Shown piece after piece: positions 50,311-62,701 of a DNA stretch of 64,000 bases. The notes beneath the pieces are model-generated. The model was not told the DNA's origin and did not search any database. It was given only the letters and a program-made list of their open reading frames with translations. The first letter of the stretch is position 1. Every line of letters starts with the position of its first letter. Source of the stretch: Eledone cirrhosa. Its lineage: Eukaryota. The position numbers and the translations under genes are program-made. The DNA is taken from the NCBI GenBank assembly GCA_964016885.1, contig OZ024745.1:92318001-92382000 (forward strand). Direction: 5' to 3'.

Positions 50311-51273
50311 GTCTGTCTTAAGCCAGAAGGCTTGTCAGGCTGGTGCTTATCCTGGTTTCATGGCATGAAGAGACTGAGAATACAAGACTACCCACTGGAC
50401 AGGACACTAGTCCATCACAGAGTCAATCTCCCAGCTATTGCTGATACTCATTTTCAGTTGAGTATACTGGAGCAACGTGAAATGAAGTGTTTTGCTCAAG
50501 AACACAACACGCAATCCAGCCCAGGAATTGAACCCACAACATTATGGTCGTAAGTCCAACACCCTTACCACTAGGCCACATCTCTATTAGCAACCACTTT
50601 ACAAAATAAGATGGATGCATTTTAGGATGCCACTATATCAGTTCATATTTGGAGTTACTGTTATAGAGGAGTGTCCTGCAATGTTGCTTGCAAAGTTCAC
50701 ATCCTAGTCATAAGGTTGTTAAAGAAGGAGGCAGGAGGATATGGTGTTGATCTGATGTCACTTGACATAGTGGTTGTTGAAGGCATAGAAAGATAATCAA
50801 GTTGAACATAAATCATATTGAGCTCATCTTTCTTGGGGAACATGTAAAAGTCATGAGCTCAGACAAAGCTAGAAAATATGTTTGCAAAGCTAATAAAGGT
50901 CATGGACATTGTCTCTTATGTTGTCCTGGTGAGGTTTTTTTTGGTTTAAAAGGAAAGAATTTTTTCACTGATTTTGTTACAAACTTTACATCACATACCA
51001 TAAATTTATGTATATATAGTTATACATGTAGTTCTGTTGTATGTGGGTATGTGTTGGTATACACACATATATACATACACACATATATCAAAAGTATATA
51101 TTGTGTTAAAAACTCGCATTACTTGTGATTTGAACGCATATATGTATATATCTGTGTTTGTCTCTCTTTATTAAATATATATATATAGTAATAATAATAA
51201 ATTTGAAGACTAAAATCCAAAGAGGGCTCGATAAGGATAAATATATGTCAAATATATAAGAACCGTAGAGTAA

Positions 51274-51432
51274 ATATTTATTAAAATAACAGATTAAAGT
51301 TTAAGCAAAGAATCGCTGCTTCCACTCTTAACGGGATCTTCTGAAACTCGTTTCAGAAGTTTCAGAAGATCCCGTTAAGGGTGAAAGCAGCGATTCTTTG
51401 TTTAAACTTTAATCTGTTATTTTAATAAATAT
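51274..51432. mobile_element. Fold-back (inverted dimer) of the CAGAAGA-core Penelope-like remnant
   Basis: Arms of ~75 bp around CTCG-TTTCAGAAG. Same family as 740-850. Confidence 0.7.
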
Positions 51433-51480
51433 ATATATATATATATTAAAAAAAAATAGAGGTGTGACACATGAGTTGTG

Positions 51481-51850
51481 ATATACTAGTAAAAAGGAAA
51501 AGAAAATTCTGACAAATTTTTCCCAGTAAAAAATAGTTTAATTAGGAATAAGTATAAATTAGTAATAAGTATTGGTTAGTATTCAGTTTTAGTTTTAAAG
51601 TTTTGAGATGTGATGTTTGCCGAGGACACCAGATGTGATGTTTGCTCTAATCCGGATTAGAGCAAACATCACGAGCACTCTATCTCAAAATTATTTTTGA
51701 AAAGCATTAGAAATGCACAACCGGTAAAAACTTAAAACTAAAACTGAATACTAACCAATACTTATTACTAATTTATACTTATTCCTAATTAAACTAATTT
51801 TTAACTGGGAAAAATTTGTCAGCATTTTCTTTTCCTTTTTACTAATATAT
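51481..51850. repeat. Fold-back element with ~120-bp arms and a central loopless palindrome
   Basis: 51481-51600 is the reverse complement of 51730-51850. GTGATGTTTGCTCTAATCC|GGATTAGAGCAAACATCAC lies in the centre. Confidence 0.85.
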
Positions 51851-51855
51851 ATATA

Positions 51856-51889
<34 letters not shown>

Positions 51890-52182
51890 GTATACATATA
51901 TATATCAATTTTCAATTTGGGAACTACAGTATATATAAATGTGTATGAGTTAATCACGAAATGTCACATACACACAGCATTAATAGATGCCTGTACCATA
52001 TATATACATACTGACATGCAACTATTACAGACATAATATGTTATATGACACCTTTACTAGGTAAGTGTCTTGCTAATCTCTACTGTTACTCTTTAACTGG
52101 TTTCTGAAAAGGTTATTGTGGTCAGCTGCTGTGGTTAGTATGAGTGTAATATTATGGATGTCAAAATCAAGAATATTACACT

Positions 52183-52395
52183 TTAACCCTTTAGCATTTA
52201 AACTGGCTATATCCAGCCAGAATTCTCTCCCTTTGTTCTGCTCAAACTGGCTGTAACTGACTGCTCATACTTATAATAAGGTATTGTTCTCAAAATAAAT
52301 ATCAAAGTCTCATAGATTCAGTATTATGTGAGATAAAGTGTTTACCATGAAAATACAATAGTAAATATAGATTAATGTAAATGCTAAAGGGTTAA
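52183..52395. mobile_element. piggyBac-type MITE
   Basis: TTAA|CCCTTTAGCATTTA ... TAAATGCTAAAGGG|TTAA. Confidence 0.9.
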
Positions 52396-53159
52396 AAGAG
52401 AAAATTCACGGGAATTTAGATTAGACTCAACCCCTTGTTTCTGTATGTTGTAGTGGTTAGGGGTGCTGGGCTGATGATCGTAAGGTTGTGAGTTTGATTT
52501 CCAGGCAGGGTGGTGTATTGTGTCATATGGCGTTGTAGTTAGGGGTTATAATTTTAAGGTTGTAAGATTATTCGAGACCTGAGAGTAAGTAGGAACCCTA
52601 AAATATGGTTGGTTTTGTAACAAAAGGGTTAACTGATTTGATAATAAGGATTTCTTTCAACTTTCCAAACAATAACAAGGCCACAACAATATCTAACACT
52701 CCTTATTGTTTGTTTCCAGGTAATGAAATTGATTTTCATAGTTATGTGAGAAAACATTAAATCATTTGTATCATGTCGACAGGTTGTTTACATTCAAAAT
52801 CAGTCATGCATTTCATGTCAAAATAATACATTATACGGCTTTATAAAAATAATGAATCAAAATGAAAATTTCCCCATTAGAAAGAAAACCAGCTTTCTAT
52901 AATGTATGTCAATGACTTGAGCAAGACATTCAACTGAATCTTTCAAGTTGATGTTTGTGATCAATAAAGAAGTTTAAAAGTTTGTTGAACTTTTTAACTG
53001 CTCTCATTCAAGAAGATTCAAACTTAGTTCTGCAAACCATAAATACTGTTTCAATTTCCAGTTAGTTTTTATTACCGAGTTCCCTTTTTATATTTTCTAC
53101 GAAATAGCAGTATTAAGAATTCATGTGTAAAAGTGATGCCTGAGCAAGTATCCTCTACT

Positions 53160-54055
53160 ACCAACCAGGTCCAGGCTGACAGGATGGAGAATTCATTGCC
53201 CTGGAGGATGGCGAGGGGGAGATGTGCTGGAATAGCCACTCCACCTCACAAGTGTTGCACTTGCAGTTGGCCAACTCTGCTCAGATAATAGTGAGTAGGG
53301 ATGTGGTCTGTGGGTCAATTCCCCTCTGATAGCAGTGAGTAGGGATGAGGTCCAGGGGTCAACTCTGCTCAGATAGCAGTGAGTAGGGATGTGGTCGGGA
53401 GGTCAACTCCGCTCTGATAGCAGTGAGTAGGGGTATAGTCTGGGGGTCAACTCTGCTCAGATATCAGTGAGTAGGGATGTGGTCTGTGGGTCAATTCCCC
53501 TCTGATAGCAGTGAGTAGGGATGAGGTCCAGGGGTCAACTCTGCTCTGATAGCAGTGAGTAGGGATGTGGTCGGGAGGTCAACTCCGCTCTGATAGCAGT
53601 GAGTAGGGGTATAGTCTGGGGGTCAACTCTGCTCAGATAGCAGTGAGTAGGGATGTGGTCTGTGGGTCAATTCCCCTCTGATAGCAGTGAGTAGGGATGA
53701 GGTCCAGGGGTCAACTCTGCTCTGATAGCAGTGAGTAGGGATGTGGTCGGGAGGTCAACTCCGCTCTGATAGCAGTGAGTAGGGGTATAGTCTGGGGGTC
53801 AACTCTGCTCTGATAGCAGTGAGTAGGGATGTGGTCTAGAGGTCAACTCTACCACCCCTCGATTGCAGTAAGTAGGGGTGTGGTCTGGGGGTAAGCTCCG
53901 CTCTGATAGCAGTGAGTAGGGATGAGGTCTGGGGATAAACTCTACCACCCCTCGATTACTGTGAGTAGGGGTGTGGTCTGGGGGTAAACTCTGCTCAGAT
54001 AGCAGTCAGCAGGGATGTGGCCTGGGGTGGGCCAAGAATGCTGGAAGTCTCCAAT
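53160..54055 (-). mobile_element. CRE-like fragment interrupted by its own 44-bp minisatellite (53271-54025)
   Basis: 53165-53280 aligns to 49975-50090, and GAAGTCTCCA at 54044 resumes the alignment. About 16 units of GATAGCAGTGAGTAGGGATGTGGTC..GGTCAACTCTGCTC. Confidence 0.75.
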
Positions 54056-55109
54056 ATTTCTGTTCATCAGCTGTTTATAAACAGAATAAGAACTTGTCTA
54101 TAAAGGTGAACCGAGGAGGATTTTCTAGCTCAACAAACTGTCATCTTATTAAACTCAACTATTGTGGCATATCAGTTATAAATAGAGTAAAGTAAATGTT
54201 TCTTACTATAGTATTGGTGGTGAATGATAAAAAAAAGTTTGCTATTGTTGTTGTTAATGTGTGTGTTGGGCAAGGATATAGCACTACTACTACTACTGCT
54301 GCTACTGCTACTACAACTATTAGTACTACTGACGCCGCCAGTGTTAATGGATAGACCACACTACACACACACATATACTACACACACACTGCGCTACTGG
54401 CAACATGTAACCCAGTACAACTTGTGCATGGTCAGGTCATTGGTGACTAAACCGGCAACCCCACCAAGCTTGCTTGGTGAGGAGGGTGATTTTGGACACC
54501 CTGCAGGATGAAAACAAAAATTGTCAAAGGGTGAAAGAACTGAGTAGAGTCAATGGCCATCCAATAAAGTGGACGAGAGATTCCTAGACTCATTAAACAA
54601 CTCTCTGGGAGAAGGTCACTTTGATATAAAACCTGCGACTTTGTTTGCATCCAATGATGTAGACCAGTTCTTCTTTGTAGGCAAATGCATTTGATGTTCA
54701 GAGAGTGGGATTGGCCCTGTGCAAAGCCTTTTCCCAATTAAAAAAGCTTCAAGCACAGGCATCACTTGACATGTGACATTTTTTGCGATGCATGGCATTG
54801 TTGGCCATAGGTAAGTCCCTAGCAGGACTAAAAAGCCACGTCCATGATGTTCATGCTTAAGTATTAAGCGATGGCATTACTCGAAATCAAGTTGCAGCCA
54901 TCATATATATATGTATATACATATACTCATATAAGCGTCTGAAGATATTTTAATGCTTCTTGTATTCTGGAGGGGTGGTCAATATTGGGTCTTGAAACCT
55001 TGGGTAACACTTTTGTTCCATGTATGAACATTAATATATATATATATATTAATGTGCTAAAACAGCACGACGTGCTGTGACCAGCGGCACCCGGCAGACT
55101 GGTTGGTCA

Positions 55110-56883
55110 AGGTGATCAATATATAAAACGAAAAATCAGTGATGCATCTGAACTCAATTTATTGTGTGTTACAATTGTTTCACCGGTGGACAGCTCGAAA
55201 CACGATCATTGTGTGGATCTTGTCTGATTCTGGAGCTGCAGGTTCGTCGGACACTTCTAATAACTTTGGATCAAATTTTCTCTGCATAGAATCCACCGGG
55301 AAGCCCAGGCTAAAGGTATGCGGCGGAGCGCACGCTGACCAGAGCGGCAAAACGGGTTCAAGGGATCAGACACCATACCCTGATGACAGTATATGCCTCG
55401 TGGGGTAAACCAAAATAACCCAAGATGCATACCCGACTCTGCACGTCACCTTAGGCAAGAACATCGCCTGAGCCGGGACAAGTTGACTTTCAGTCAAATA
55501 CCTTACACCTATAGGACAACATACCTCAACCACAGTGACATACTCCAGTATGGCCGGACCACGCACCCCCATGCATATGTATCTTTTCAATCGAGAGTCC
55601 ATACTCTCCACGTATTCCATTTTGGAACACATTATTTGTTCCGTATACAGGCCCAAGTGTACATCTCATACTCCTCCTTGTACTATCTCATACGCATACA
55701 CGTCCCTTCTTCTTTTTTATATATTTCTATGTGACGTTATATGTATATTTTTGGTATATTGTATATTTCTTTTTTATAAGTGTGTATATATGTATGCGTA
55801 TATGTATATATATGTGTGTATATATAAATGTATATGTGTAAGTGTATGGATGTATGTATATGGTTATATTTATATATGTGCATGTTTACTACAAGATACA
55901 TCCTTTAATATATGACGTTATATGTATATTTTAGTATATTGTAGGTTTTTTTATATATGCGTATGTATGTGTGTGTATGTGTATGTATATATATATATGT
56001 GTGTATATAACGGAGTTGTGGTAAGGAACCGGATATTGTGTGTATATATATATATGTATGTGTATGGATGTATGTATATGGTTATATTGTTTATATTTGT
56101 GCATGTGTATAACAAGATGCATCCTTTCATATATGACCCATTGTGTAGCTTTATATGACTTTGTGTGTATATCATATTTGTGTATAGACAGATATATGTA
56201 TCTTTGTAGACGTGCGTGGGCCTGTAGGTAATAGGCGCATATTTGTAAGAGTGTATATGAGCCAGTGTGTATGTGTGTGTGTGTACGTGCACCCACTGTA
56301 GGGTAAGGGCTTGTGTGTGTATATATATGTATATATACATATATATACATATATATGTGTTTGCGAGCGAGTCTGTTTTTGTGCCTGTATATCTGGACAT
56401 GTGTGTGTATGTGCGTGTGTGTGTCTATGTATCTGTCTGTACGTGTTTGTGTATACGAGTAGATATACGCGTATGCATGTGTATGCGCCTGTGTGCATGT
56501 GAGTGTGTGTATATATATATATATGTCTGTGAGTGTGCGCATGGACGTGTGAACTACCAAACCCAGCAGGGATTCATTGAAGTGTGGCAGGAAAAAGGAC
56601 AGCTGATGGTCAGTTTGACAGTACCTGTTGGTCAAAATTTATGATGACATAGAAAAACAACGGCCAATAGCAGGACGAGCGAAGAGGATGTTTTTGACGC
56701 TAACACCCCAGTGGGAAAATTTGATCCGAAATCATTAGAAGTGTCCAACGAACCTGCAGATCCAGAATCAGACAGATCCTCACAATGATCGTGTCTTGAG
56801 CTGTCTGCCAGCGAAACAATTGTAACACACAATAAATTGAGTTCAGATGCTTCAATGATTTTTTTGCTTTATATTATATCACA
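55110..56883. repeat. Diverged ~170-bp inverted repeats enclosing ~1.4 kb
   Basis: 55110-55280 vs 56713-56883 (CATCTGAACTCAATTTATTGTGTGTTACAATTGTTTC). Confidence 0.8.
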
Positions 56884-57131
56884 CTCTGCTCTGTAAGAAC
56901 ATAGAGTGCTCAACCGGCATACCGCCTATGGAAGCTTCTTAGCTACCATCAGACACACACATATATATATATATTGTTATACTTGGGGAGGGTCATATTG
57001 TTGTAATATTGCCAGAAATAATAACAGAACACACTCACTGTCTGGTTGGTTTTCACTTCTGTATCTTTTATATCTCCATAGTTAATTTATTTGGCAATCA
57101 ATGTTTATCATTGATTGACTAGCGATTAAAA

Positions 57132-57168
<37 letters not shown>

Positions 57169-57364
57169 ATCAAAGTTCTTTTGTTGCACACCTGCAACAT
57201 CATCAGTGGTACTATTATGTTTCCTCCTATTGTATTGTATGTCTACGCCATTTTTATTTTTATTTATTTATTTATTTATTCTTGTCTCTGTGCATGCGTT
57301 TGTGTGTGTATAATGTTTGGTGTGTGTGTTCGCGTTTGCAAAACAAACAAATATATATATATAT

Positions 57365-57540
57365 GAAAAGATTCAAGACTCTGACGGCTGAGCTCCGGCT
57401 GTTTTGACAGCTAGATCCGAACTGGACCATAACACACCAGAGTACTCTGTTCGGATCTAGCTGTCGAAACGGCAAGTATCGAGTACTCTGGTGTATTATG
57501 GTCCAGCTGGTATCTTACCACACCCTCTTTGTTATATATA
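57365..57540. mobile_element. Rearranged fold-back copy of the 1221-1420 family
   Basis: GACAGCTAGATCCGAA / TTCGGATCTAGCTGTC-GAAAC and CTGGACCATAACACACCAGAGTACTC / GAGTACTCTGGTGTATTATGGTCCAG. Confidence 0.65.
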
Positions 57541-58366
57541 TATATACTTCTACCTAGAGTTGCGACCGATAGAGAGTATTAGCAATTGGAAAGACCAACG
57601 GAAACATTATTTCCTCAATCCAATTTGACGAAAGTTGATCGACTGTCTATATATATATATAAAATAGATATATATAAATGGCGCTACGCAGTAATACAGA
57701 AGACCCGCTCTGCCTAAGTACAAAGCGAAACCTACAGTCAGTAGACACCTCTTAACCAAAATACACTCCCGTCCCACTACCCCTACCGCCATCTACACCA
57801 CCCCTTTTGATGTAAAGCTATGTTGGTACCACAACATCCAGTCCTAAATAAATGAGGTCGTGTAGGTGTCACAACAAAAAGACACATAGTCCACGCTGTA
57901 ATGTGGCCGTGTAGGTAACACGGTAAAAACCTCCCAGTCCACACTGTAAACCTGGTTGGTGTTAGGAAGGGCATCCAGCCATAGAAAACCCGCCAGACAG
58001 TCCTGAGCAAGACAACCAATCCTACCTCAAGTGGGACAATTCCCGTCCAGACCCATGCTAGCGTGGAAGATGGACGTTAAACGTTGATGATGATGATGAT
58101 GAAATATATATATATAAATACACACACACATGCATATATAACATGTAAATAAATGTCAGTACATGTATATATATATGCATATATACACATATGGTATTAG
58201 CCATTAGACAATGCTTCTATTGCTACTTAATAAATACACTTATTTATCTAAAGAGATTAATAACCTTATAGTCTTACACACATTTTGGTGTCTTACTGGA
58301 ATAGCAACTTCCTATTCTACTATACTTCCTATTGAAAATAGCTGACTCACAGACTTATTGTTTCAA

Positions 58367-58803
58367 TGGTGGTGGTGGTAGTGGTGGTGTTGGTGGAGGT
58401 AGTGGGTAGTGGTGTTTGTGGTTGGTGGAGGTAGTGGTGTTGGGGGTTGGTGGTAGTGGTGGTGGTTAGTAGAGGTGTAGTGGAAGTGGTGGTGGTGATA
58501 GTGGAAGTTGTGCTGGTGATGGTGGTAGTGGTGACAGTGGAGGTTGTGCTGGTGGTGGTGGTGACAGTGGAGGTTGTGCTGGTGGTGGTGGTGGTGACAG
58601 TGGAGGTTGTGGTGGTGGTGGTGACAGTGGAGGTTGTGCTGGTGGTGGTGGTGACAGTGGAGGTTGTGGTGGTGGTGATCATGGTCATCATCATCATCAT
58701 CATGGTCATCATCATCATCATCATGGTCATCATCATCATCATCATCATCATCATCACCCCATCATCATGGTCATCATCATCATCATGTCCACCATCATCA
58801 TCA
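58367..58803. repeat. (GGT)n with 27-30-bp superunit, then (ATC)n
   Basis: GTGACAGTGGAGGTTGTGCTGGTG repeated about 5-6 times. Confidence 0.9.
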
Positions 58804-59220
58804 GTGTTTAATATCAGTTTTCCATGTTAGCAAGGTATGAACATGTCACAGACCTACCAATATTCAGGCAGAGCTACTGAGCTCTTAGATGGGCCAAAAA
58901 CCTGCATCTCACATACAGACATTGCTGCACTCTGTCAATAAGGCCAGGTGCCTGCATCTTGCATACATAAGGTTTAGAATAAGAACACTGTATTCCTGCA
59001 TATCGTAAGAGGTGAGAAAAAGAGTTTGTATCAGGAAAGGTATCTGATCATAAAATATTGGTTTCTGATTTAGGCACAAGGCCAACAATTTTTGGGAAAG
59101 GGGAATTTGATTAAATCGACCCTAGTGCATTACTGGTATTTTATTTTATCGACTCTGTAAGGATGAAAGGTAAAACTAACCTTGGCAGGATTTGAAATCA
59201 TAAAGGTTGTAACTCTATGC

Positions 59221-59802
59221 CAGGGGTGTGCAACACATTCCAAAGATACACCACAACTTCTTTCTATAACATGGAACTGGCACACTATAACACACATAAC
59301 ACTATCAGTGAAGCCCTTTAGCATCGGTCAACTGGCACACTATAACACACATAACACTATCAGTGAAGCCCTTTAGCATCGGTCAACTGTCACACTATAA
59401 CACACATAACACTATCAGTGAAGCCCTTTAGCATCGGTCAGCTGGCACACTATAACACACATAACACTATCAGTGAAGCCCTTTAGCATCGGTCAACTGT
59501 CACACTATAACACACATAACACTATCAGTGAAGCCCTTTAGCATTGGTCAACTGGCACACTATAACACACATAACACTATCAGTGAAGCCCTTTAGCATC
59601 GGTCAACTGGCACACTATAACACACATAACTCTATCAGTGAAGCCCTTTAGCATCGGTCAATTAACAGAAAATTGTATTACGGTTACAAAAACATTTCTA
59701 AATAAATCTACAAGGTAAAAATTAAAGACGGTCATCGTGGGCCACTTTGACTGGTCTAGCAAGCTGGATTGTGGCCCGTGGGTTGCCTGTTGCATGCCCC
59801 TG
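59221..59802. mobile_element. hAT (Buster-type) MITE nested in SINE A (-), with an internal 7 x 55-bp array
   Basis: TIRs CAGGGGTGTGCAAC / GTTGCATGCCCCTG. Perfect TSD CTCTATGC (59213-59220, 59803-59810). Units at 59276-59660. Confidence 0.92.
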
Positions 59803-60221
59803 CTCTATGCCATATATCATGTTGTATGATGCTCCACCGATACTGCTCCACCTAAAATATTGCCTCAGAAAGGAGCCTATGATGAATGGATGGTGATGAT
59901 GTTAGGTATATCAACATAGCATGAATATTTCATATATTTATAGATAATAAATAAAGGAACCTAGATGTGTTGGTTGAATTGTTAACATGAATATAGTTAG
60001 CATAGATAGATCATTGTTGTTCTTATCCTATATAAAATATGTATTGTCTTCTTGTTCGTGAGGTTGAATTATTTCTTGTAACTCGGTCAACAGATATGTT
60101 AGGTGTGGTGGTATGCCTGAGGTACAGATAGCATAGAAGTAGTTCTGGGTTATTGGTGAAATTTCTGTTACAAATCTTTCAGAAATTTGTAATTATATAT
60201 TTTTATCATTTTATCTAAAGA

Positions 60222-60670
60222 GGGTAGTTGATTGGCAGAATCTGTAGAATGTCTGACAAATCACTCCTCCTCTTTCAATCTTTTCTATATTTCATCTGCC
60301 TGTCACCCGCCTCGTGGATTCTCTCTCTGTCGACCACTGGCTGTTGGTCTCTGTCCTCTGAGGCATCATTGCCCATTGCTGTCTTTAACAGCATTTGACT
60401 GTTTTAATGGTTGTGCTAGCGAAGAGTTTTCTCATTTTTATATGTATTTAAATACACACTTGATTCATCTCGGTCAAAGACAACAATGTTTTTCATAGTA
60501 ATCTTTGTTCTGGCTCTCTAAATTCTGAATTCAAATCTCACAGAGCTCAACTTTGCCTTTCATCTTTTCTGGGTTGATAAAATAAAGTACCAGTCAAATA
60601 CTGGAATTGATTTAATCGACTTTCCCCTTTCCCCAAATTACTGGGATTGGGACTAAAATAGAAATCAATA
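60222..60670 (+). mobile_element. SINE A interrupted by a ~230-bp probable CR1/L2-like fragment
   Basis: SINE head 60222-60265 and body 60495-60670. The insert reads PLRHHCPLLSLTAFDCFNGCASEEF, weakly like CR1/L2 C-termini. Confidence 0.45.
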
Positions 60671-61635
60671 TTTTGTCAATATCAAATATCTCCTTTATTT
60701 CTCAAATCACCCAAACAACAAAGGGGTTGGAAATCTGGAATTGTGGTTTAGGAAACTAGAAACACTTTTGTTCAACTAAAAATATTGTTAGAATAAATTG
60801 CAGAAATGTCTGGCAAGAAGTTGTAATAGGGATGCTTGGTTTTGACCCCTGTAATTATATAATTATATGTTAACATAACTGACTGTTATGTTTGTCTAGC
60901 TTTCTGAAATTGGTGTTCATGACAATTTATTAAAATTTTCTGGATTTAGAAAATGTTAAAAAAAAAATAGTTAACTTCATTTTGCACAACTTTGTGTTAC
61001 TGTGTTTCAATTATCCAGCTTCTGGGTCAGTTCTTGTCTCAGACGATGATGATGATACTACCACCAACGCCACTACCACCACCACCACTGATGATGATGA
61101 TGATGATTTCCTGATGCTGGGTTTGAACTTAAAACTTAGTTCTAATTCAGAGTTACAATAATTTAAAACATCTGCTTTAGAAATAAAGGTTTTGATTTCA
61201 ATCTTGGTTTAGAGAAATATATATATCACCATCATCATCATATGTCTGTTTTCCCTATTGGCATGGGTTGGACAGCTTGTCATAGTTCAAGACTAGACTG
61301 GTCAGAGAATCACATCTTGCTCATACATTCATTATTAGACAGAAATCTCTCACTTCTTTCTGTTTAAACCAGCTGTAACTGGCCACTCATGTTAAGGTAT
61401 TGTTCTCAAAATAAATAACATCAAAATTTCGTAGAGTCGATTTATGTGAGATAATTATGTGAAATAAAGCCTTTAGTGTGAAAATACAATAATAAATATA
61501 GAGTAATATAAATGCTAAAGGGTTAAGTGTTCCAGTGCTTGTACTGGTGGGCAGCTCTTTTCTAAAGCAGTATCTTCTCTATATTGATCTCAATTCAGTT
61601 GAGTTGTTTATTGTTGCTGTTGTTGTTGTTGTATA

Positions 61636-61826
61636 ATTGTTTCTACTTTTGGCACAAGGCCAGCAATTATCCCAGTGCATTACTGGTGCTTTATTTTATC
61701 GACCCCGTAAGGATGAAAGGCAAAGTTAACCGTGGCGGGATTTGAACTCTCAGACCGTAAAGGGCCATAACTCTATGCTGCAAAGCATGGCGTCTGACCC
61801 TCCACTGATACTGCCAATCCACCGCC
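61636..61826 (-). mobile_element. SINE family A with TTGTATAAT TSD
   Basis: Full A/B box and core; flanking direct repeat. Confidence 0.85.
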
Positions 61827-62261
61827 CTTGTATAATACAACTCAGAGCTATGGCATAGTGCTGTGGCCAATAGGGCAAAGCATTTGATTAGTATTTCCAG
61901 TTGTGGCCATCCTAACCTTATTCCAGAACATTTTCTACGGATTTTTAAGCATGTGGCTCTCATTCTAAAAATAAAAGGAAGTGAGATTGTTGAGGTGAGA
62001 TTTTTCTGCTTTAACTAAACAGGTTTAAATAATTAAGTAGAAATTCCCTTGTTGATACTATGGTTCACAGTAGTTCAGTCACCTTAGAGAGTTGGTTGAT
62101 GAAGGTAAAGAGAAAAACTAGAACAGACAAATGCAGAATCTTCCATTATTACCATTATTGTTGTCACTATGTTGTAAGGGGAAGATGGTAGCCTTACCTA
62201 CCTCACGAGTCCTCTCTTATTATCAATCTTGTCCAGAACCTCACCTACCTCATGGGTCTTT

Positions 62262-62632
62262 TCCCTTCAAAATTATCCCCCTTGTCCCTAATAAAATACT
62301 ATTACTCTTCCCTTCAACATTATTCCCCTTGTCCCTAATAAAATACTATTACTCTTCCCTTCAACATTATTCCCCTTGTCCCTAATAAAATACTATTACT
62401 CTTCCCTTCAACATTATTCCCCTTGTCCCTAATAAAATACTATTACTCTTCCCTTCAACATTATTCCCCTTATCCCTAATAAAATACTATTACTCTTCCC
62501 TTCAACATTATTCCCCTTGTCCCTAATAAAATACTATTACTCTTCCCTTCAACATTATTCCCCTTGTCCCTAATAAAATACTATTACTCTTCCCTTCAAC
62601 ATTATTCCCCTTGTCACTAAATTAGAAATCAT
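62262..62632. repeat. 47-bp minisatellite, about 7.5 copies
   Basis: Unit CCCTTGTCCCTAATAAAATACTATTACTCTTCCCTTCAACATTATTC. Confidence 0.95.
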
Positions 62633-62701
62633 TGTTGTTGTTGTTTTCTTGTTTCTCTCATAAATTCTATCAAAATGTATATTCCATGTTTTTATACTAT
62701 A

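Noticed and set aside
57697-57745. CAGAAGA...GAAAC...GTC hammerhead-like string
   Set aside because: No stem I or II; the region is the end of an RTE ORF (WRYAVIQKTR).
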